64,000 nt of DNA, taken from NCBI GenBank assembly GCA_951406725.2, contig OX597815.1, forward strand, positions 154,690,001 through 154,754,000, read 5' to 3'. Source of the stretch: Octopus vulgaris (taxonomy: Eukaryota). Positions within the stretch are counted from its first letter, which is position 1, and every line of letters starts with the position of its first letter. Below the pieces are notes generated by a model. That model ran no database searches. It saw only the letters and a program-made list of their open reading frames with translations, and was not told the origin of the DNA. Below are positions 55,530-64,000 of this stretch, piece by piece. The translations under genes were made by a program, and so were the position numbers.

Positions 55530-56682
55530 CACCAGAATAGAGTGTTGGAATTTTACAAGGAAGTTGGAGAGATTTCTCTCTCATTTTTTGTGGAAGGGGA
55601 TGCCACTTGTAAGGCGCTCTATCTGCTGTCAAAAATCGTTAAAGGCATGCCGTTGTTGAGGATGCGCAAATTTGCGCTGAGGTTTAGGTATCTCTGGCAT
55701 CACCTGGATGGTGAGTAGGTGTGGTCAGCACTCGCGAAGTTCTTCCTTCCACAGTTGATCCTTTTCGGGATTTAGGTTCTTGGATCAGGCGAAGACCTAG
55801 GCTGGGCAAATGGAGTGTTGAGAGGCAACGCCGGCAACTGGAGTGCCACCGCGGACTTTTATGGCGGGTTAGTGGAATATATGCTAGACGATGTGCTGGT
55901 GGAGATCCGGAGCTTCGATAGAAAACAGTTGGTCAACCTGTTCGGAAGGAGTTTCGAGCTCGGGTACTTGAAATCCCTGGCCTGGTTGTTACCGATCGGC
56001 CTTACTTGTTCGAGAGAGGCTATCGAGGCACGGTAGTGCCATCCCACCGATATGCCCGAGGTACGGGCGGAACAGTAAAACCGTCGTGCACGCCTTCGTA
56101 GAGTGCGGAGTTAAAGGGACTAATAGCCTATATCTAACAATTGTTGTCAATGACAACATGAGTACAGCTATAAGGTGAATCAATTATCAAGATTGTTCCG
56201 CCCTCTTTCCTAAACAAGGAGAAGAGTGACAACTTTTTTCTGCATTGTAGCCATAATGAAAGAAACAGTATGGAAGACACACGCGAAAGGTATTGCGACA
56301 GGTGCCTGTATTTCCAGCCAAGGTGTAGTTAATTACTTTAATTTTCACCTTAAATGTAAGATCAGGCTAGAAAAGAGATACCTGTCACATAGCACGTTTC
56401 ACAAAAGAGAGCAGAATGTGGAGAGAAAGTTGAGGATGAATGGAGTCGGCTAAGCTCAGCCATTCAACCGAAGTTAAGGAAACGTCAGTCAACGGTGGCG
56501 GGCCTATAAGCTGTAATATGTGTAAATATTTATTTATAATTTTATTAATTTTAAATCGAAATTTTTAAAATCGAAATGAATTTTTAACCAAAATTTTTGA
56601 AAGGAAAACACAAACTCTCTATGTTGTGTCTATCCTTGTACTACCCCCTCTTCATTATGTCCTATCTGGCAAATAAAGAAAA
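55530..56682 (+). mobile_element. L1/Tx1-clade LINE 3' fragment
   Basis: KSLAW..RERLSRHG..ICPRYG..TVVHAFVEC (zf-RVT-like); 3' aataaagaaaaa. Confidence 0.65.
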
Positions 56683-57139
56683 AGTTCGCCCTAGTTCCAC
56701 AATTCGTGAGTTGATAGTTCAAAGTTGGAGTTCTAAGTTTAGAGTTCGATTTAGTGTGTTGGATTGTTGGTTCTTTAAATATTGTTGTTACATTCTATGT
56801 GGTTACTGCTGTTTGTTTCGATTATATTATTATTACACTGTTGCAGTGTATTAGTTTATCCATAAGGATATAACACTGTCCTAATTTATCCTAAAGTGAT
56901 TCTGGTTTATTTGTCAAGATATCTGTTACTACTACCAATCCTTTCTCGTTTAAAAATATTTCCAGACGAGTTTTGATATTTTGCTTTTATTTGTAACTGT
57001 ACGAGCGCTTATAATCCTTATATTTCTTCTTTTTTTTTTAAGTGTTAGCCGTTTCTAACAACGATCGCCTAAAATAGCAGTTATCCGATCAAACAGTGCC
57101 GCGTTACCTAGAGATGACATTTTGGCTAAGATCAAAGCG

Positions 57140-57198
57140 TCGGCGTCGCCATCACCGCCGCTGCCGCCGCCGCCCCGATCGTCGTCGCCGTCGTCGTG

Positions 57199-57254
<56 letters not shown>

Positions 57255-57258
57255 GGTG

Positions 57259-57313
<55 letters not shown>

Positions 57314-57345
57314 CAGAAGCAGAGCAGCTGCAATAGCAGTAGTAG
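57140..57345. repeat. (CGT/CCG)n-(TAG)n-(TGG)n microsatellite
   Basis: Seen directly. Confidence 0.95.
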
Positions 57346-58846
57346 TTAAATATATCGATAATAAAATATAATTCTTGCTGAAATCAAGTACTGTTTTGGC
57401 TGTCATGATAACTTCTCTGAAGATATGTGAATATGCAACACGTTTGAGATGCTGAAAAATCACCTTAGTCGTCTATACTACAAACACTTGGTGCATCAGG
57501 TGTAGTTCCATAGTTTAACTACATAATCAATGCCACCATGACTCATAGTCACACTGATGATGCAGTTACTCTTTTAGTACGTTGCAAATTAAAACGGCGG
57601 TGGGTTGAACAAATCATTTGAGTGTCAAACAAATACCTCGCAGGGTTCAAATCATACTGTGGTCGGCATTATACTTCATTTTTGCGGAGTTGATTAAATG
57701 AAGTACCAGTGAAGTATTGTCATTGATTGCATCGGCTAGCTCTCTTCCCTCAAAATTCTTGTGCTTATACCAAAATTTGCAACATGTTGGAGATGAATAA
57801 CAGATAGTAATACTTGAGAGAACTCATAGTTGTCTCTTTAGATGAAACAACCAGCTTTGCTACACTTACAAAAAGTAATTGAGTTGAATGAGACAAGGAT
57901 ATATTTGATATTGTGGCTGCAATGTTCTTCCTATCATTTACTAGTTAGTATAAACAGTTTTCTTCCAGATTTAATTCCCATACTTAATACGAAATATCAT
58001 GGATTTCAAACATAGATTATTCCTAATTTTAATATGAAAGCAAAGAGATCATTTATATTTCAAACTTGATTGTCTATTTTTAAATTCAACTTCCATTTTA
58101 ATCTCACCTTTATGAATATGACATATGGCAGGCTATTACATATGATTCATAAATATTCTTAGAATATTAACAGAAAATATAGCAAACGTGGAATACATTA
58201 GTAAATGTCATCACTACTTGAAACAAAAAATAAAATAAAATAACGAAATAAAATAAAAACAATGCATTATTCAAATGAAAAAAAAAAAAGTTTCCATGAG
58301 CTCGACGAAAGCTGTTTCAATAGTAGTGCTTCAGTTATGTTTCTCGTATGAGATTACATGACTAAAATACATCTGAAGTAGACACACTAAAACACGGTCT
58401 GCAGAAATCCGGATTTAATAAAAAGAAATTGATAGTATATTCGGTTAAAGGAAAATAATTTAAAGAAACATTAAGCTATCCCACAGAAGCCCGGGTTTAA
58501 TAAAAAAAAACATTAAACATCCGAAAAGAATTCTAATTACTCTCGCTGAATGATCTTCGCAAATTTCCAAGTTATTCGTTTATGCTTTACTTATGTAAAT
58601 TCTTTGGAAACATTAATCATGCATTCTCCTCTCCGTGATCATCTATTGAAGCATCTATCACATATATTTATAGACTGAGAATAGTATACGGATTTTGAAC
58701 TAGAAACTATAATCAATATAAAATGGACAGAAAAAATATATAACATATGATGCTTTTATAATCACATATTATTTTATAGGTAAATCTGTTTCCCAGTAGG
58801 AGATTTGCATATTTTCTATGAGCAAGAATTCGTACGAAGACAGAGT

Positions 58847-58964
<118 letters not shown>

Positions 58965-59095
58965 AGTTCAGGAAAAGTTTAGATTCAAATGAATATGGTA
59001 CTTAATTTAGATGCACCAGAATTCTGTATGGTGTTATCCATAAAAACCGTGGGGTGATTATAATCAAAATAAGCAACAAGAATGACTCCGGTAAT

Positions 59096-59182
59096 TTGGT
59101 ACGATCGTTTCGTACTACATCATGCTATTAAATGTTGTAGGTATTATAACAGATTTTAAAATGCTGAGTACTCATCAGCCAA
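59096..59182 (-). ncRNA. Type I hammerhead ribozyme, intact
   Basis: Minus strand: ttgg-CTGATGA-GTACT..AGTAC-GAAA-CGATCG-TA-ccaa. Confidence 0.8.
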
Positions 59183-59327
59183 TTATAGAGGTTTTCTATT
59201 AATACAAAAATTTTCATATCAAGTGACAATATTATAGAGAAGGTAGATACATAGACAAAGATGTGGATTTCTCTATAATATTGCTACTTGATATGAAAAT
59301 GTTTGTATTAATGGAAAACCTCTATAA

Positions 59328-59414
59328 TTGGCTGATGAGTACTCAGCATTTTAAAAACTGTTGTAATACTTACATTATTTAATAAAATGATCTAGTTCGA
59401 GACGATCGTACCAA
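59328..59414 (+). ncRNA. Mirror hammerhead copy (GAAA changed to GAGA)
   Basis: ttgg-CTGATGA-GTACT..AGTTC-GAGA-CGATCG-TA-ccaa. Confidence 0.65.
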
Positions 59415-59525
59415 ATTACCGGAGTCATTCTTTTTGCTTATTTTGATTATATGTATATATATATATATATATATATGTATACATATATACATCCACACAC
59501 ACACATACACACACACACACATATA

Positions 59526-59556
<31 letters not shown>

Positions 59557-59584
59557 GCATATATATATATATAAAAAAACAATG

Positions 59585-59800
59585 GACCCGGCCACCCGGT
59601 TTCCGTGGCGTATGTGTTCCCCAGCTGGACGGAATTGCAGTGCATTGCATCGTTACTTATTTGCGCCAGCTCAGTGGACTGGAGTAACGTGAAAGGAAGT
59701 GTTTTGTTCAAGAACACAACGCGTCGCCCGGTGCAGGGATCGAAACCACAATCGTACGATCATGGTGCTGACACCCTAAACACCGAAGTACGCGCCTCCA
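59585..59800 (-). mobile_element. tRNA-SINE
   Basis: Minus-strand head ggaggcgcgtacttcggtgtttagggtgtcagcacc..ggtttcgatcc. Confidence 0.65.
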
Positions 59801-59810
59801 CACACACACG

Positions 59811-59842
<32 letters not shown>

Positions 59843-59854
59843 CCTTTTTGCCCT

Positions 59855-59893
<39 letters not shown>

Positions 59894-59944
59894 CTATATT
59901 GCATATATATATTTTTTATTTTGCGGGAAAGACTTTTTCAGCGT

Positions 59945-60966
<1,022 letters not shown>

Positions 60967-61282
60967 TTCTTTGAAACAGTCCTTCCCTCAAAGCAAATTA
61001 AATAAAACTTGGGATTTTTTTGCGGGAGGGAAAATGTGGTAACAAGAACAGGACAGTAAAAACAAAAGAAGACAGTAAAAATACAAATAAGGACAGTAAA
61101 AGACAGGACAATGATAACAACAGTAAAAACAAACGGTAAGGGCTGTTAAGCCGAACAAAAGGAAAAATTATTTTGAACGCTATGAGAAAAACGGCTTAAG
61201 AGAGAGACAGAAAAGCCGTCTACACTTGTTGAAGGCAGTGGTGAGAAAGAAAGTAGCCCTCTGGTTTTATTTATTATTTTGT

Positions 61283-61329
<47 letters not shown>

Positions 61330-62527
61330 AAAGTTAAAAAAACACAAACTGGGACAAGAACGTGAAACACAGACAAAAAAACACAGAAAACACAGACGGG
61401 ACTTTCGAAGCTCTCAGTCATCAGTCAAGAACCAGATCATCTTCGCAATTTCGGCTGATTAATCTTGAGATTGCTCCGATCTGGGCAGCCACCAAGGGAA
61501 ATCTAAGCCAATCGCATTAGATTCCTTGGAAGAAAACCTCGAAAGTATACAACACGGTGACGGAAAAACGGACGATGTTACTCGAAGAAAATTGAAAAAT
61601 ACGTAACAACAATAACGATAGCACGAATAAGAATACAAAATAACGTAAAAACAGTAATAACGAAACCAGGACGTCAGGACAAGCGTCTTTCGACAGGACG
61701 AGTTGAGTATAGGGCTGGCTGTGGAAAAAGTGCCTGAAGGCAACGGACACAAACAAATACGTGTTGCCACACTGACTACTTGATGCGAAAAGGCAGTAGT
61801 AGCTGGTTGGTCACGTGAGCACTTTAAAAGATATGCTAGATATAATAACTTATATGAATATTTGAGAGAACACAATTATATCCACTGTTATTCATCGACA
61901 AATCAAACAGCCACGGGAAGGATTCATTTGGTAAAATATCAGTTCTGTCCTTTACCTGTTAGCATAAATAATCTTCCAGATTAGTAAAGAATTTCACTTC
62001 GGTATCACATACCTTCGTGTTCGGAACAACAGAATAATATCTCTTGCCAGCGTCTTCTACCAAAGCTTTGGTTTGACAAATAACATCTCAGTGGAATTTG
62101 AAGAGATATACAGTATTGTCAATATAATTGGCAGTGTGTTTCCTTTCTCTCTTTCTCTCTCTTTCTCTCTGTCTCTCTCATATCTAGACATGCACGTCAG
62201 AACTAGTTAGGTGATATGAACATATAACTGTATCTGTATTTCGTTTCAGTGTTAATTGCTCACTAATTCGAATTACGCATTATAAATTTAACTGTCCTTG
62301 TAGGAATTATAGTTGATATATAAATATATATGCACATGAATGCGTGTGTGTGTGTGTATGTGTGCGTGCGTGCGCGCAAGTGCTATTTTTTGCTTATTAC
62401 ATGATAAAGAGGAATAAATATACAATTACTACATTAAATATAATATACCACAAGCAATTAACATTAAAATTCAATATTTATCACACGGGTACATACTACT
62501 GTGTACATGCACATATAAATAGATACG

Positions 62528-62593
<66 letters not shown>

Positions 62594-62739
62594 TAGTAGA
62601 GATACCAGGCGCCACTCGGGTATAAAAGGGCATAGCTTTGATTGGTTGAAATTGCCGAAATGCAAGAAATTAAACAACAAATAGCTTACAAACTACAGAA
62701 TTTTCTCAAAAAAGCCAAGAGAAAAAAATGTTTTATGTA

Positions 62740-64000
62740 CGAGGGGCGTTCAATAAGTAATGCCTCTGACCCACTTGCAGTTGTTTGATCTAGCTGAAAG
62801 TTTGCATGTGCAATTATTTATATCTCTACAGATTAAGTGGCAAATTACAGCTCTGCACTAATTGTGGTTTCCGATTAACAGGTGTTTGAACTGAGTCAAG
62901 TGTGAAATGGAGCATGTTGAGTGTCGAGCAGTGAACCGGTTTTTGTATTTGAAAGGACGCACACCACGGGAGACTTTTGATGAAATGAAAGTAACTTATG
63001 GTGATGATGCCCCATCATATGACGTTGTAAAACGCTGGCATCGTGAATTCAAACATGGTCGGAACTCTGTGGAAACAGCTCCCAGATCTGGTCGCCCCCT
63101 TCTGCCATTGATGAGGCATCTGTCCGTCGTGTTGAGGCTGCCATTTTGGAAGATCGACGCATAACTATTCGCCAAATAGCCCATGAGGTCAAGATTAGTA
63201 CCGGGTCTGTGGAAACTATCATTCATGACCATTTGCATATGCAAAAGGTGTCAGCCAGATGGATTGCCAGGTTGCTCACACCTTTCCAGAAGCAAGAACG
63301 CGTCGATTGCCCGAGGATGAATTTGGAGATGTGCCAAGAAGATGAGTCAAAATTTTTCAAAAGACTGATTGCATAGGATAAAACCTGGGTCCATCACTAT
63401 GATCCAGAAACCAAAGCCCAGTCAATGCAGTGGAAGCACCGTGACTCACCTCCTCCAACGAAGGCAAGGGTGCAGCCCTCCGCTGGCAAGGTCATGCTTA
63501 CAGTCTTCTGGGACCAGGACGGAGAAGTGAAGACAGATTTCCTGGCAAAGGGTGCCACAATTACAGGAGCCTATTATGCTTCACTTTTGAGGAAATTAAG
63601 AGAAGCTATCAAAATCAAGAGGCGGGGCAAGATCAGCAAAGGCATCCCCTCCTGCAGGACAACGCTCCGATCCACAACTCGCGTGTCACCAGATCAGAAG
63701 CACAGGCGTGCGGCTATGAACTCCTCCCCCATCCCACCCTACTCTCCTGACCTTGCACCCTCTGATTTTCACCTCTTCCCAGGCATGAAGTTGTTTTTGA
63801 AAGGAAAGCGTTTCCCAGATGATGCAGCCTTGATTTCTGAAGTCACGTCGTGATTGGAAGACCAAGCTGGGGTCTTCTACAAAAACGGCCTTCAGAGCTG
63901 CATCAAACGATGGGAGAAATGCGTAACTCTGGGTGGTTCCTATGTAGAAAAAGACTAATAACTGTTCCAAGTTTCGTTGCTCTACTGCTATGGGAAGTGG
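62740..64000 (+). mobile_element. Mariner (DD34D) transposon, near full length; right TIR runs off the window
   Basis: TA-CGAGGGGCGTTCAATAAG left TIR; the window end (actgc..gaagtgg) mirrors the left subterminal ccacttgcagt. Confidence 0.9.
62907..63958 (+). pseudogene. Mariner transposase pseudogene
   Basis: HTH, RWIARLL, WVHHYDPETK and YSPDLAPSDFHLF motifs, with several frameshifts and stops (63374, 63851). Confidence 0.9.

Larger units (their letters stand above)
59058..59450. repeat. Fold-back element: ~185-bp inverted arms, ~25-bp spacer, next to (TA)n
   Basis: 59058-59243 is the reverse complement of 59268-59450. Confidence 0.95.

Noticed and set aside
61398-61430. Minimal hammerhead CTGATGA..GAAAGTC (minus strand)
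   Set aside because: Stems II and III cannot be formed convincingly, so it is counted only as a weak relic.

Overview
AT-rich, microsatellite-saturated eukaryotic (animal) non-coding DNA. The mix of tRNA-SINEs, RTE, CR1, R4/Dong, mariner and (TA)n resembles an octopus/coleoid genome (inference). I cannot support any host protein-coding gene, and most ORF-track entries are microsatellite artefacts. The centrepiece is a young Penelope-like retroelement (PLE, 841-6608) with near-identical ~970-bp pseudo-LTRs. It has a long upstream ORF1-like region joined to RT+GIY-YIG at an in-frame T-TTT-TTA slippery heptamer, a CRE/CCAAT/TATA promoter array and a U3-A8 variant hammerhead ribozyme. Read by eye, the window also holds about nine different hammerhead ribozyme sequence families. 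Several of them sit as mirror-image pairs in 400-750-bp fold-back modules inserted at (TA)n. The remainder is decayed RTE, CR1, L1/Tx1 and R4/Dong LINEs, other PLE remnants, mariner/Tc1 elements, SINEs and simple repeats. Coordinates of degenerate elements are approximate.
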